64,000 nt of DNA, from NCBI GenBank assembly GCA_020635655.1, contig JACJZI010000009.1, positions 79,456 to 143,455 on the forward strand, given 5' to 3'. Shown here in pieces: positions 54,250-64,000 of this stretch (positions are counted from its first letter, which is position 1; every line of letters starts with the position of its first letter). This stretch comes from Flavobacteriales bacterium (GTDB lineage Bacteria > Bacteroidota > Bacteroidia > Flavobacteriales_F > PHOS-HE28). The translations under genes were made by a program, and so were the position numbers. The notes below the pieces were generated by a model. That model saw only the letters and a list, made by a program, of their open reading frames with translations. It ran no database searches and was not told the DNA's origin.

Positions 54250-55498
54250 GATCGATGCGGGCCATCACGGCCTGGATGCGATGCAGCTCCAGATCGAGCA
54301 TCGCCTGGTCCTGCGCGTTCTGGTACCCCACATAGTCCTGGGCCGTGATCACGCCGTTCTCCAGCTGACTGGCGGCCGTCTCCCGAATGGTCCGTCGACT
54401 TTCCACGATGTCGCGGTCCATTTCGATCAACCGGTCCAGTTTGGCGATCTCCAGGTCCTGTCGCTCCAGGTCGCTGCGCTGTCGCAATTCGAACCGTTCC
54501 CGTTGACCATCGACCACCTGTTGCATGACGCGCAGGCGATGCAGTTCGCGACCCTGGGTATAGAAGCCGGCGATGTTCCAGTTGAAGCCCACGCCGACAA
54601 GACCATATGGACGCAGATCGTTGTTGAGGAAGTCGAACCCGGGCCGGCCGTAGTAGCCATCGGCGAACGCCATCAGATGGGGCAGGTTCCTCCTGCGCAC
54701 GAGCGATCCGCCAAGGTCCAGCCCCTGACCCTTCCGGGCGAACACCTCCCTTTCCGGCCGCTGGTCCGCAGTGTCCCTCTCCTGCGGGGGCGAGGCTGGC
54801 AGGACGAACGTGGTCGTGGTGTCCACAGGAACGCCCATCAGCACGCCGAGCGAAGTGACCGTTTGTACGAGGGCGGTCTCGGCGTCGAGGATCTTCTCAT
54901 GCGTGGCCACGGCCTCGGCCCGAAGCACCTCCGCGTTGCTTCGCAGGGAAACACCGTTGCGCACGGCGCTCTCCACCTTGGCCTGCCGTGCGGCGATCTC
55001 GACCGCCCGACCGTGCAGGATGCGCAGGTTCTCCCTTTGAAGGAGGATGTTGCCGTAGAGATGGTCCACGGCGGCGCGGACCTGCAACAGCTCGACATCC
55101 GCCTGAGCGGTCTGCATCCGGGCATCGTTCAGCGCGATCTCACGTCGGGTGTGGTCCTCGCCGAATTCGCACAAGGTCTGACGGACCTCCAGACCGGCCT
55201 GGTACTGGTCCCTGCTGATGGTGATCGGCGGCAGACCGAAGGCACCGAGATCGAACTCGGTCACCTCGCTCTGATAGGTGGCCCGCCCTGTGGCGACCAC
55301 CTGGGGCAGCCAGGCACTGCCCGCGTTCTTCGCAGCCAGTTCACCGGCCTCCATGTAGAGCGCACCATCGCGACCGGCGGGGTGATGGGCGAGCGCCGCG
55401 GTCCTTGCCTGGTCCAGCGTTAGCGTTGCGGGGGCTTGGGCGATGATGGTGCCTGCGAGGCACAAGGAGGACAGGAGCACGATGGATCGCATGGTCAT
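54227..55498 (-). CDS. TolC-family outer membrane efflux protein
   Basis: 423 aa with a signal peptide and OEP repeats. The start overlaps the TetR stop (ATGA). Confidence 0.85.
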   Translation of the reverse strand: MTMRSIVLLSSLCLAGTIIAQAPATLTLDQARTAALAHHPAGRDGALYMEAGELAAKNAGSAWLPQVVATGRATYQSEVTEFDLGAFGLPPITISRDQYQAGLEVRQTLCEFGEDHTRREIALNDARMQTAQADVELLQVRAAVDHLYGNILLQRENLRILHGRAVEIAARQAKVESAVRNGVSLRSNAEVLRAEAVATHEKILDAETALVQTVTSLGVLMGVPVDTTTTFVLPASPPQERDTADQRPEREVFARKGQGLDLGGSLVRRRNLPHLMAFADGYYGRPGFDFLNNDLRPYGLVGVGFNWNIAGFYTQGRELHRLRVMQQVVDGQRERFELRQRSDLERQDLEIAKLDRLIEMDRDIVESRRTIRETAASQLENGVITAQDYVGYQNAQDQAMLDLELHRIQAVMARIDRERILGR

Positions 55499-56130
55499 TT
55501 CTTCATCAGGCGGATCAGCAGCTCTGTCGCTTGTTCCGTGTATTCGTTCTTCAGATACGCCTCATAGCCCTTGTTGTTCATGCGCAAGGCGGCCCCCATC
55601 ATCGGGGCGTTCAGCTGAGGGTATGCGCACACCGCATGCATGGTGATCGCCAGGGCCCGGGGATCCTGCTCGCGCACCAGGCCGTCGGCCATCAAACGCT
55701 CGTAGTAGGTGATGAACCTGTTCCTTCCCCGCTTTTTCTTTTCGAGCCTTGAGATCAGCTTGGCGGGATCGCGCCGCAGCTCCTGCACCATGAAATGCAA
55801 GGAGGTGTCGCCATAGATCGTCGTCAGCTGCCGTACGAAAAGACGCACCTTGGACTCCCAGTCGTCGCTGTCATCGTTCCAGGTGTTGAGCAGCGGCATC
55901 ACCCGGTCCATGTACTCCGCGAAGATCCGATCGAACAGCTTTTCCTTGCTGCGGAAATAGTAGTGCAGGGAAGCCTTGCTGATGCCCGCTTCGTCCGCAA
56001 TGCGTTGCATCCGTGCACCGACGAACCCATATTCCACGAACACCTTGCGGGCGGCCTGGAGGATGCGCTTTTCCGGGTCGGTGATCGCCATGGCGGGGGC
56101 AAAATTAAGCAGGGCTGACCAAATGGTCAA
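55495..56130 (-). CDS. TetR/AcrR-family transcriptional regulator
   Basis: The N-terminal HTH is ILQAARKVFVEYGFVGARMQRIADEAGISKASLHYYF. An alternative start is at 56091. Confidence 0.9.
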   Translation of the reverse strand: MTIWSALLNFAPAMAITDPEKRILQAARKVFVEYGFVGARMQRIADEAGISKASLHYYFRSKEKLFDRIFAEYMDRVMPLLNTWNDDSDDWESKVRLFVRQLTTIYGDTSLHFMVQELRRDPAKLISRLEKKKRGRNRFITYYERLMADGLVREQDPRALAITMHAVCAYPQLNAPMMGAALRMNNKGYEAYLKNEYTEQATELLIRLMKK

Positions 56131-56272
56131 ACTGGTTCGTCAAACCCTTTGGACGATCCCGTCCCCAGGGACCGGTGGAGAACCCTTGGGGCCGACCGGA
56201 GCATTGCACTGTTCTCTGGTCGTACCTTGGATGGTGGTCCTACCTTCCCCTTCACCTCAAAACCGGTAAACC

Positions 56273-57154
56273 ATGCGAACAAGGCTACTCCACCTCCCCT
56301 TTCACCTGACGTCCACGTGCCTGTTCATCGCACTTGCCCTCTCCCTTCCGACCTCCGCGTTGCGCGCACAACAGACCCTCTGGCTGGAGACCTTCGATGG
56401 TGGCACATCCACCACGGGATTCACCGTGGACAACAACACGTCCGACTGCTACTGGGTCTATGCGCCTGATTCCGTGCACACGGGCATGAGCTTCAATCAG
56501 GATTTCGGCGGGGCCTGGCCGGCCGGCCCTGGGTTCGATTCCAGCTTCGTGTTCCTGGACAGCGATGAATGCGGCGGCAGCAGCGTCACTGTCAACAGCA
56601 TCCTGAACTCACCGGTGTTCGATGCCTCCACCGCTGGCAACTATTTCCTGCATTTCTCGCAACAATTCCGCTCCCGGCTGCAGTCGTTCACCCGCATCGA
56701 GGCCTACAACGGCACCATATGGACCGAGGTGTACTATGTCACGGGGACCGACATCGGCTACCCGAACCCCGCACGGGATACGACGGTGGACGTCACAGCG
56801 GGCCTCGGTGGTTCGGCAACCGCACAGATCCGGTTCCAATTCAGCGCCGGATGGGATTGGTGGTGGGCGCTGGACAGCATCAGCGTAACGTACGAACCAA
56901 GTACCGGGATCCTGGTCGGTGGCCTGCCCGGCCTGTCGATCGGTCCGAACCCGGCCCAAGACCGGCTGTACGTGCGGACGATACCCCAGGCAGCCACGCT
57001 TCTTCGTGTGTATGATTTGCTGGGACGAACGGTCCTCGAGCAGCCACGCAATACCGAGCTGTCCTTGGAGGATCTCAGACCCGGTGCCTATATCCTGGAG
57101 GCCGCGGACCGCGCCGGTCACGCCTTCGCCAGGGCGCGGTTCGTAAAGGAATAG
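56273..57154 (+). CDS. Secreted protein with T9SS C-terminal sorting domain
   Basis: Signal peptide and the tail LSIGPNPAQDRLYV...GAYILEAA. Confidence 0.85.
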   Translation: MRTRLLHLPFHLTSTCLFIALALSLPTSALRAQQTLWLETFDGGTSTTGFTVDNNTSDCYWVYAPDSVHTGMSFNQDFGGAWPAGPGFDSSFVFLDSDECGGSSVTVNSILNSPVFDASTAGNYFLHFSQQFRSRLQSFTRIEAYNGTIWTEVYYVTGTDIGYPNPARDTTVDVTAGLGGSATAQIRFQFSAGWDWWWALDSISVTYEPSTGILVGGLPGLSIGPNPAQDRLYVRTIPQAATLLRVYDLLGRTVLEQPRNTELSLEDLRPGAYILEAADRAGHAFARARFVKE

Positions 57155-57158
57155 GGCG

Positions 57159-57671
57159 TCAGGGGTTTCCCGCCAGAGCAAGGCAGTCGCATCCGAGCGC
57201 TTCGTCCACGAAGCGTTTCAGCGCGTGCATCTCCTCCCGGGAGCGCAGCTTGCCGGCCTGGGCCACCAGCCACAGGACCACGGCGATGATGGGCGTGGGC
57301 GCTGCCAGCAACCACCCCCAGGGATCGGCACCCACCACCTGTTGTGAGACGGCGATCGACAGGCCGAGCAGCGCCAGTACCGCACAGAGCAGATACCCGC
57401 CCATGAACAGCATCCAGATCGACGGGGAAGGGCCGATGAGCACGCGCGCCCGTGTGCCTTTGGGCCGCTCCTCCAGGTCCAGATCGAGCTGGGGCGTCCA
57501 CGCGTGGCGGAGGTCCTGGCGATAGCGAAGGATCAAATGATGTCCGGTGCCGCCCAATCGGAACCCGTTCGTTCCAGGTGCGCTCAGGTGTTGCTGCATT
57601 CGAAGCTTCACCTCATCGGCGGGGAGTGGCGTGAGGAAAAGGAAACGGGGGCGGAAGGCGAATTCGGTCAT
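57159..57671 (-). CDS. Hypothetical membrane protein
   Basis: 170 aa with a soluble N-terminal half followed by two hydrophobic helices. No recognised domain. Confidence 0.6.
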   Translation of the reverse strand: MTEFAFRPRFLFLTPLPADEVKLRMQQHLSAPGTNGFRLGGTGHHLILRYRQDLRHAWTPQLDLDLEERPKGTRARVLIGPSPSIWMLFMGGYLLCAVLALLGLSIAVSQQVVGADPWGWLLAAPTPIIAVVLWLVAQAGKLRSREEMHALKRFVDEALGCDCLALAGNP

Positions 57672-57728
57672 GAAAGAACGGAAGGTCCACTACCCTGGGG
57701 ATCCTGGGGCTGACCGCCGTCATCTTCG

Positions 57729-59339
57729 CTATTGCCGTTCGTTGACCGGGTCGATCAGTTCCAGCCGCACGAAACGGGAACCGGAGCGGGTATTGAAGGT
57801 GGTGACCACCGACCCCTGATCGAGCCGTAGTTGGTCCTGTGGAGAGAGCCAATTGCCCTTTTTCTGCAGTTCAGGGACCAGCACCCGATCGGACGGACCA
57901 CCGGGAACATATGTGAAGCAACTTGTCACCACGTCCGTTTCATCAAGGTCCGACAGAGACGGTTGGGATGTCCCGGTCGCCTGGTTCATTTCCTTACCCA
58001 CGCGGTTGGCTATGGCGAACTCATTGAACAGGATGCGGATCGTGTCACCATCGTAGAGTGCGACCACACCTGTCAGGACATCCGTGATGGACGCACGATA
58101 GAGTTTACTGACCGCGTCGATATCCGTCACCGTTCCGTCCTGTCCGACGCGGAAATGGCACAGGTTGCCACGGAAGTAGATTGGCGTGCAATGGACATGA
58201 TCACCGGAGCCTGTGCAGAATTGGTCGTTCTGTTGCACTTCGGCAATGAATACATGATCGCCATTGGAAAGCTGGTCGAAATTGGTCGTGACCATGAAGT
58301 TCACCAAGCGATAGTGCTCCCGTCTGTCGTCCTTGGCCTGAGCTTCCTCATCCAATTCCTCGTCGCGGTCCGCTTGTTTGAACTTGTTCGCGCTGAATAG
58401 GAGCTTTTCCATCTGCACTTCGGGGATCGGACTGAACACAGGCGCACCAGCGCCCCTGTGCCCCGAGGGACCGGTCCGAGTGAAGATCTCCGGAAGGCCA
58501 TTGTCCCTGCGCATGGCCAACCCGGCCATCAGGACCTCGCCCTGCTCGCTCACATCCAGTGCGGCGCAGATCGGCAAATGCCCGGCCAGTGCGACCTCTT
58601 CGACGACCATCGATCCAGGAATACCGTAGGCGACCACGAGATGCGGTTCCTTGGAACGATCCCGGTCAGCCTCTTTGTCCTTCCATCTTCCCAAAAGTGC
58701 GACACCCACAAGCCCCTGGTTGGTCACCTTGAAGAATCCGAACCGAAATCGTGTCATGGGCAAGGGAACGGCTATATACTGGTCCCCCACCATGGACATC
58801 GCGCTGTCAAAGACAAGAACCTCAAGCCCGACCAGCTTGTCATGGTAGACGTCCTTGCACAGGATCATGGTGTAGCTCCCATCCGGACTGGTCTGGCTAT
58901 GGAACCGGTCGAGCCGGTGCCGGCTTTGCGGAGCGGGTACAGAGCCGATATCCTCACGCACCGAGGCCTGCGACCCACGGTCGATGACGTGGCGCACGAA
59001 CCGTACCCCCCCATGATCACCTAATACGTTCAGCGTACGTACATCAGCAGCGTTCAACCGAACGGTCATCCAGCCTTTTGCGGCCGTGCTCGGAATGCTG
59101 TACGCTCTCCCACGTTTCAGTTTCGGTCCTTGGTAGGTCTGTACGGACCCGTTCATTTTCCGGTCCGGGTAGGTGACCGTGGCTATTCCGTCCTTGCCGT
59201 CACGGAAAAGCGAGAGTCCATAGAGCCCTCCATTGGAGGAGCTGCCGGAGCTCAAAGTCACTTCCAACGCGTCTCTACTCTGCGCGATCGAAGGTGTCGC
59301 GAACCCCAGCGCAGCGAGCATGAACAGGATATTCCTCAT
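57729..59339 (-). CDS. Hypothetical secreted protein (no T9SS tail)
   Basis: I trimmed to the ATG at 59339 (MRNILFMLAALGFATPSIAQ). 536 aa with no recognised domain. Confidence 0.7.
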   Translation of the reverse strand: MRNILFMLAALGFATPSIAQSRDALEVTLSSGSSSNGGLYGLSLFRDGKDGIATVTYPDRKMNGSVQTYQGPKLKRGRAYSIPSTAAKGWMTVRLNAADVRTLNVLGDHGGVRFVRHVIDRGSQASVREDIGSVPAPQSRHRLDRFHSQTSPDGSYTMILCKDVYHDKLVGLEVLVFDSAMSMVGDQYIAVPLPMTRFRFGFFKVTNQGLVGVALLGRWKDKEADRDRSKEPHLVVAYGIPGSMVVEEVALAGHLPICAALDVSEQGEVLMAGLAMRRDNGLPEIFTRTGPSGHRGAGAPVFSPIPEVQMEKLLFSANKFKQADRDEELDEEAQAKDDRREHYRLVNFMVTTNFDQLSNGDHVFIAEVQQNDQFCTGSGDHVHCTPIYFRGNLCHFRVGQDGTVTDIDAVSKLYRASITDVLTGVVALYDGDTIRILFNEFAIANRVGKEMNQATGTSQPSLSDLDETDVVTSCFTYVPGGPSDRVLVPELQKKGNWLSPQDQLRLDQGSVVTTFNTRSGSRFVRLELIDPVNERQ

Positions 59340-59377
59340 GCAACCAAAATAAGTGTCGCGCGCGATCCGGAGCACGC

Positions 59378-60058
59378 CTACGCGGTGCTTCCCCCCACGC
59401 ACACGACGAACTCCCCCTTTGGCGGATGGGCCTCGAAATGCGCAGCGACCTCGGCCAGGGTCCCGCGCACGGTCTCCTCGTGCAGCTTGCTGATCTCGCG
59501 GCTCACACTGACAAGCCGGTCGGGACCCAGGGCCTCTGCCAGTTCATCCAACAGTTTCCGGATGCGGTGCGGGCTCTCGTAGAGCACGATCGTCCGCGTT
59601 TCATCCTTGAGCGCCTCGATCCGTGCACGCCTGCCCTTCTTCTGCGGCAGGAACCCTTCGAATATGAAACGCTCACAAGGCAATCCGCTCATGACCAGCG
59701 CGGGCACGAAGGCCGTGGGGCCGGGCAGGCACTCCACCGGAATATCCGCCTGCAAGGCCGCACGCACGAGCAGGAATCCCGGATCGCTGATGCCCGGAGT
59801 GCCCGCATCGCTGCACAAGGCAAAGGTGCTTCCGTTGCGCAGGCGGTCCACCAACCCTTCGACCATGCGGTGCTCGTTGGCGGCATGAAAGCTGATCAGC
59901 GGTTTCGCGATGCCCAGATGCTGGAGCAATCGCCCGGTCACGCGGGTGTCCTCGGCGACCACGGCATCGCATTCCGCGAGCACCCGTTGCGCGCGCAGTG
60001 TGATGTCCTCCAGGTTGCCGATCGGCGTGGGGACCAGGATGAGCCGTCCCGCGTTCAC
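59378..60058 (-). CDS. rsmI: 16S rRNA (cytidine1402-2'-O)-methyltransferase RsmI
   Basis: LILVPTPIGNLEDITLRAQRVL...DAVVAEDTR is the canonical RsmI N-terminus. Confidence 0.92.
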   Translation of the reverse strand: MNAGRLILVPTPIGNLEDITLRAQRVLAECDAVVAEDTRVTGRLLQHLGIAKPLISFHAANEHRMVEGLVDRLRNGSTFALCSDAGTPGISDPGFLLVRAALQADIPVECLPGPTAFVPALVMSGLPCERFIFEGFLPQKKGRRARIEALKDETRTIVLYESPHRIRKLLDELAEALGPDRLVSVSREISKLHEETVRGTLAEVAAHFEAHPPKGEFVVCVGGSTA

Positions 60059-61317
60059 TTGATCGCGTCGATCAGGTCCACCAGCGTAAAATAGAGGTCG
60101 GCATAGTCCGTGAGCGGCAGGGTCTCCGGCCGGTCGTATACGTCATGGTAGGCCGTGATGCCTCCGAGCGTGTAGATGAAGATGCCCGGGACGCCACGTT
60201 TCACGAAGGGGCAGTGATCGCTGTTGCAGGCCGGACCGCGGGCCTTCACCGCCGCCAGGCGATGGGTGGTTTCATTGATCGCCACGAGCTGATCGTACAC
60301 CTCGTGCTGGTCCTTCGCGTTCACGACCATGATGCCGTCGTCGCCGGTACCCATCAGGTCCATGTTGATCAGCAGCCGGATCGACGCCAGATCGAACGGT
60401 CGGTCCACCGCGCACCATTCGCTGCCGAGCAGTCCGGCCTCCTCACCGGCGAACGCGATGAAGATCAGGTCGTACCGGGCCGGATGGGCCCGGAAATGTT
60501 CGGCCAGGTTCAGCAGCATGCTCACCCCGCTGGCATTGTCGTTCGCCCCGGGGAACAGCACGTCCGGCCCCATCCGTCCCAGGTGATCGTAGTGCGCCGT
60601 CAGCACGATCACCTTCCTGCTGTTGCGCCCTTTCACACGACCAAGCACATTGCGGGCATGATGGACCAGCAATGCATTCCGAACATCGAGCGTCACCGTG
60701 CGGGCCGTGTCGTTCCACACGCTGTCCCGCACTTCCAGCACGGCGTTGGGCAATGCATCCTGCGCCACGCTCCATGTCAGCTTGCCGTTCGATCGACGCA
60801 GGACCGGACCAGAATAGGCAAGGTCCTTCAGCCAACTTTCGTACAGGCCGAGCGTGTCGCGGTCCCGGGTGGGCGGAAGGTCCAGTGCGATGGCACGACC
60901 GGTGACCACGCCCATGGTCATGGCGCGACGCTCAGGGGTCAGCAGGTCCTCCCGGGTGAGATGGACCAGATCGAAGGTGCCCCTGCTCGATCCGGATGCC
61001 GGGTCGACGAGCAGATCGATGCCGGGACGCAGCCGCACGCCGTCCAACGCCACCTTGATGCTGTCCGGAAAAGTGTTCACACGGAATTCGAACGGCTCGA
61101 AGTAGGTCTCCTTGACGGGGTGGATCCCGATGCGCGCGAACTGCGCCGCGATGTAGTCGGCCGCGATGCTGTCGCCACCGGCCACAGGACCCCGCCCCTG
61201 CATCGATGGCGACGCGAGCGTGTCGATATAGGCATGGCCCCGTGCCAGGATCGTGGCCGCGTCCTGTGCGCGCATGCTGGCACCGACGAACAGGAAAAGG
61301 AATGTGAAGGTCCTCAC
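60055..61317 (-). CDS. M28-family aminopeptidase
   Basis: TAHYDHLG, GANDNASGV, FAGEEAGLLGS and a C-terminal HDVYD motif match the M28 zinc ligands. Confidence 0.88.
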   Translation of the reverse strand: MRTFTFLFLFVGASMRAQDAATILARGHAYIDTLASPSMQGRGPVAGGDSIAADYIAAQFARIGIHPVKETYFEPFEFRVNTFPDSIKVALDGVRLRPGIDLLVDPASGSSRGTFDLVHLTREDLLTPERRAMTMGVVTGRAIALDLPPTRDRDTLGLYESWLKDLAYSGPVLRRSNGKLTWSVAQDALPNAVLEVRDSVWNDTARTVTLDVRNALLVHHARNVLGRVKGRNSRKVIVLTAHYDHLGRMGPDVLFPGANDNASGVSMLLNLAEHFRAHPARYDLIFIAFAGEEAGLLGSEWCAVDRPFDLASIRLLINMDLMGTGDDGIMVVNAKDQHEVYDQLVAINETTHRLAAVKARGPACNSDHCPFVKRGVPGIFIYTLGGITAYHDVYDRPETLPLTDYADLYFTLVDLIDAIK

Positions 61318-61970
61318 TGGAATCGGCGTTCGACCAGTTCCATGAACGCGGCGAGCGCGTCCTCCTCCGGCTTCTTCTTCAACAGGGGCAGTACGTTCTT
61401 CTCGACATGCTGCCGGGCCTCCTGGACATTGCCCATGCCGTTGATCGCCTCGATGGCCTGCTCGTACTTGACGCGATCACCAGCGAACAGCTCGGCGATG
61501 AACCAGAATTTCTGACTGAGCGCGATCGCTTTCCCCAGGTCCGGGATGGGTGCATGCTCGTGCTTCTCGGCGACGGAAGCCTTGTCCTTGGGTGTGGATC
61601 GCTTCCTTCCCTTGCCACCCTTCTCCGTCTCCGCGATCGCATCGATCAGTGAGGTCTGCCGGCTTTCCGGACGCGTGTCCAACTTGATCGGCGCGATGGG
61701 GACCGCGGGGTCCGCGGCAAGGGAGAGCGATCCGGTTCCGGGACGCATTCGCGAGGCCCCCCCGGGTGGGCGGGGACCACCTTCGCGCGCCTTGTGGCGG
61801 ATCACCACCAGACGTTCGTACAGCTCACGTGCCGCGTCACAGGCCTTGTCCAGGCCTTCCAGGTCCAGTCGCCCCTTGTTCAGATCGCGCTCGGCATCGG
61901 CCAACACGCGCAACAGGTCCGCGATCCGTTCGTAGCCCTTTTCCGTTGTCATGGAGAGGACCGTCCACAT
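61314..61970 (-). CDS. Hypothetical protein (helical N- and C-terminal domains with a Pro/Gly/Lys-rich linker)
   Basis: 218-aa ORF coupled by a 4-nt overlap to the M28 peptidase gene. No recognised domain. An alternative start is at 61952. Confidence 0.6.
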   Translation of the reverse strand: MWTVLSMTTEKGYERIADLLRVLADAERDLNKGRLDLEGLDKACDAARELYERLVVIRHKAREGGPRPPGGASRMRPGTGSLSLAADPAVPIAPIKLDTRPESRQTSLIDAIAETEKGGKGRKRSTPKDKASVAEKHEHAPIPDLGKAIALSQKFWFIAELFAGDRVKYEQAIEAINGMGNVQEARQHVEKNVLPLLKKKPEEDALAAFMELVERRFQ

Positions 61971-62007
61971 ACCGGTCCAACGCGAAGATGCCTAATTTCG
62001 TGCCGGG

Positions 62008-62667
62008 GTGCAAAAAGGCCGGATGGCCCGTCCCCCAAGGCTTTCGACGATGTTCCTGGAGCGTACCGGCGGCGAGCGGCCCGGCAAGGGCTGGATCGAG
62101 GTGATCTGCGGATCCATGTTCAGCGGCAAGACCGAGGAACTGATCCGGCGATTGCGTCGCGCCGAGTTCGCCAAACAACGCGTCGAGATCTTCAAGCCGA
62201 GCATCGATTCGCGCTACGATGAGGTGCAGGTGGTGAGCCATGATGCCACCAGCATCCACAGCACGCCGGTGCCATCCAGTTCGAACCTGTTGTTGCTGGC
62301 CCAGGACATCGAGGTCGTGGGCGTGGACGAGGCCCAGTTCTTCGACGATGGCCTGCCCACGGTCTGCGACCAATTGGCGAACGGCGGAAGCCGGGTGATC
62401 GTGGCGGGATTGGACATGGACTTCCAGGGCCGCCCCTTCGGCCCCATGCCCCAGCTCATGGCGATGGCCGAGTTCGTGACGAAGGTGCATGCGATCTGCG
62501 TGCATTGCGGACAGCTCGCCAGCTTCAGCCACCGCACCCACGGCAGTCGGGACCTCATCCATCTTGGAGAAACGGAGAGCTACGTACCGCTGTGCCGGGG
62601 TTGTTTCGAGCAGGCACGGTCCGAACAGACCGATACCGTCACCGATCGTTCGCACGGGCACCGATGA
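62008..62667 (+). CDS. tdk: Thymidine kinase
   Basis: P-loop [14 protein letters not shown] and C-terminal zinc-ribbon cysteines (CVHCG...CRGC). The likely true start is the ATG at 62050. Confidence 0.92.
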   Translation: MQKGRMARPPRLSTMFLERTGGERPGKGWIEVICGSMFSGKTEELIRRLRRAEFAKQRVEIFKPSIDSRYDEVQVVSHDATSIHSTPVPSSSNLLLLAQDIEVVGVDEAQFFDDGLPTVCDQLANGGSRVIVAGLDMDFQGRPFGPMPQLMAMAEFVTKVHAICVHCGQLASFSHRTHGSRDLIHLGETESYVPLCRGCFEQARSEQTDTVTDRSHGHR

Positions 62668-64000
62668 CCTCGACCGGCCATCGTCTTTCCGCCATCGCCG
62701 AGGCCGTGGGCGGCCGCCTCCTGCAAGGCGATGGCCATACCCTTGTCACACACCTCGCCATCGACTCGCGCAAGGCCATGCCGAGGGAGGGTGTCCTCTT
62801 CATCGCACTGCAGGGCGAAAGGCATGATGGGCACCGCTACATCCCCGACCTGGTGGATGCCGGCGTGCGCAGCTTCCTGATCCGCTCCGGGGCACCGACC
62901 GAAGGCCTGGAGGGCTGCCATGTGATCGCTGTGCCGGACACGCTCGACGCACTGCAGCGTCTGGCCGCCTGGCACCGCGGCCATATCCACGCACCGGTGA
63001 TCGGCATCACGGGCAGCAACGGCAAAACGATCGTGAAGGAATGGCTCGCGCAACTGCTTCAACAGGAGGAGCACATCGCGCGCAGTCCGGGCAGCTGGAA
63101 CTCGCAGGTGGGCGTACCGCTCAGCGTGTGGGCGATGAACGCACGACACACCCTGGGCATCTTCGAAGCGGGCATCAGCAGGCCGGGTGAGATGGAACAT
63201 CTCCGGCCGATCATCCATCCCACGATCGGACTGATCACCAACATCGGTCCGGCACATGCCGAGAACTTCCGCGACGATCGCGAGAAGGCCCTGGAGAAAT
63301 TGAAGCTGTTCAGCGACGCCCAGGCACTGGTGTACTGCCGCGATCACGGCACCGTGCACAAGGCCATCTTCGGATCCGGGCTGGACAAGGACCTGATCCT
63401 GCGCGATTGGTCGCGCGAGGAGTTCGCCTACGTGCAGGTGACGCGCGAGGAGCGCGGCCCGACCGGCTGCCGGATCACGGCGTTGCACGATCACCTGGAA
63501 TTCACCTTCGAGCTGCCGTTCACGGACCACGCTTCGGTCGAGAACGCGCTGCACTGCGTCACCCTCCTGCTGCATCTGGGGCGCACACCCGAGCACATCG
63601 CGGAAAGCATGCGCACGCTCGCCCCCGTCGCGATGCGTTTGGAGATGGTCGAAGGTGCGAAGGGCAGTCTCCTGATCAACGATGCGTACAGCAACGACGA
63701 AGCCTCATTGCGCATCGCACTGGACCACTTGATGGCCAATGGGCGTGACCGGCGTCGTGTGGTCGTGCTCAGCGACATCGAGCAGAGCGGTGAGCCGCCC
63801 GAGGCGCTCTACCAGCGGATCGCGCACGCCATTGCGCATGCGCAGGTCGATCGGGTCCTCACCGTGGGCCCGCACCTCGCGGCACATGCGAAGCTCCTGC
63901 ATGGCAACGTGCGCACATACCCCGATACGGAGGCCCTCCTGCAAGGCGTGGACACCGAAGAGCTGGCCGGTGCGGCGGTGCTCGTGAAGGGCGCCCGGCG
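62664..64000 (+). CDS. murF: UDP-N-acetylmuramoyl-tripeptide--D-alanyl-D-alanine ligase MurF (3'-truncated by window edge)
   Basis: This ORF is not in the supplied track because it has no stop before the window end. My translation from the ATG at 62664 (ATGA overlap with the tdk stop) gives [17 protein letters not shown]...[14 protein letters not shown]...[10 protein letters not shown]..., a Mur ligase pattern. Confidence 0.85.
   Translation, partial: MTSTGHRLSAIAEAVGGRLLQGDGHTLVTHLAIDSRKAMPREGVLFIALQGERHDGHRYIPDLVDAGVRSFLIRSGAPTEGLEGCHVIAVPDTLDALQRLAAWHRGHIHAPVIGITGSNGKTIVKEWLAQLLQQEEHIARSPGSWNSQVGVPLSVWAMNARHTLGIFEAGISRPGEMEHLRPIIHPTIGLITNIGPAHAENFRDDREKALEKLKLFSDAQALVYCRDHGTVHKAIFGSGLDKDLILRDWSREEFAYVQVTREERGPTGCRITALHDHLEFTFELPFTDHASVENALHCVTLLLHLGRTPEHIAESMRTLAPVAMRLEMVEGAKGSLLINDAYSNDEASLRIALDHLMANGRDRRRVVVLSDIEQSGEPPEALYQRIAHAIAHAQVDRVLTVGPHLAAHAKLLHGNVRTYPDTEALLQGVDTEELAGAAVLVKGAR

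Noticed and set aside
1-64000. tRNA, rRNA, tmRNA, transposase, integrase and CRISPR-cas
   Set aside because: I scanned intergenic regions by eye for tRNA T-arm-like GGTTCGA(A/G)TCC motifs, IS-type terminal repeats and recombinase motifs, and found none. A covariance-model scan (tRNAscan-SE or Infernal) would be needed to exclude small RNAs.

Overview
This is a high-GC chromosomal segment. Hand-counted 100-nt samples give about 63-64% GC in backbone genes. It is almost certainly from a Bacteroidota genome: eight proteins end in T9SS type-A C-terminal sorting domains, there is a four-helix-bundle/23S-IVS family gene, and operons are joined by 4-nt ATGA start/stop overlaps.

Backbone content:
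- The 3' two-thirds of a Cys-type formate dehydrogenase alpha gene, plus fdhD.
- A near-complete molybdenum-cofactor set: moaA, a moaC-moaB fusion, moaE, moaD, mobA, moeA and a moeB/thiF-like gene, with a TauE/SafE permease embedded in the operon.
- Three tripartite efflux systems, each with its own TolC-like gene. Two are RND (one next to an OmpR/histidine-kinase pair and a PepSY-like gene) and one is MFS/EmrAB-like with a TetR regulator.
- Housekeeping genes: DAHP synthase-chorismate mutase, quinone oxidoreductase, hemG-like, tag, rsmI, M28 peptidase, tdk, and the murF 5' part.

Accessory content, most interesting first:
1. A low-GC island (about 46-52%) is joined to the 3' end of fdhA. It carries a translationally coupled small GTPase-like P-loop protein plus a 2-TM protein, a decayed frameshifted second copy of the fdhA 3' end, and a stand-alone OLD-family ATPase/TOPRIM nuclease. 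Host-GC MazG-like and HNH_2 endonuclease genes follow. I read this as a defence island, and the GTPase/2-TM pair is my best candidate for an undescribed system.
2. A mid-50s% GC block of about 4 kb (FG-GAP T9SS protein, TIGR03032 protein, membrane class III cyclase) is bracketed by an intact tfoX-like gene and a duplicated tfoX 3' fragment.
3. A four-helix-bundle gene is bracketed by AT-rich inverted arrays of AAATGAG-type repeats.
4. A RelE/ParE toxin-antitoxin pair sits between tag and fdhD.

I found no rRNA, tRNA, CRISPR array, transposase or integrase by eye. Many long ORFs in the supplied track are antisense or alternate-frame artefacts of high GC, and I rejected them.
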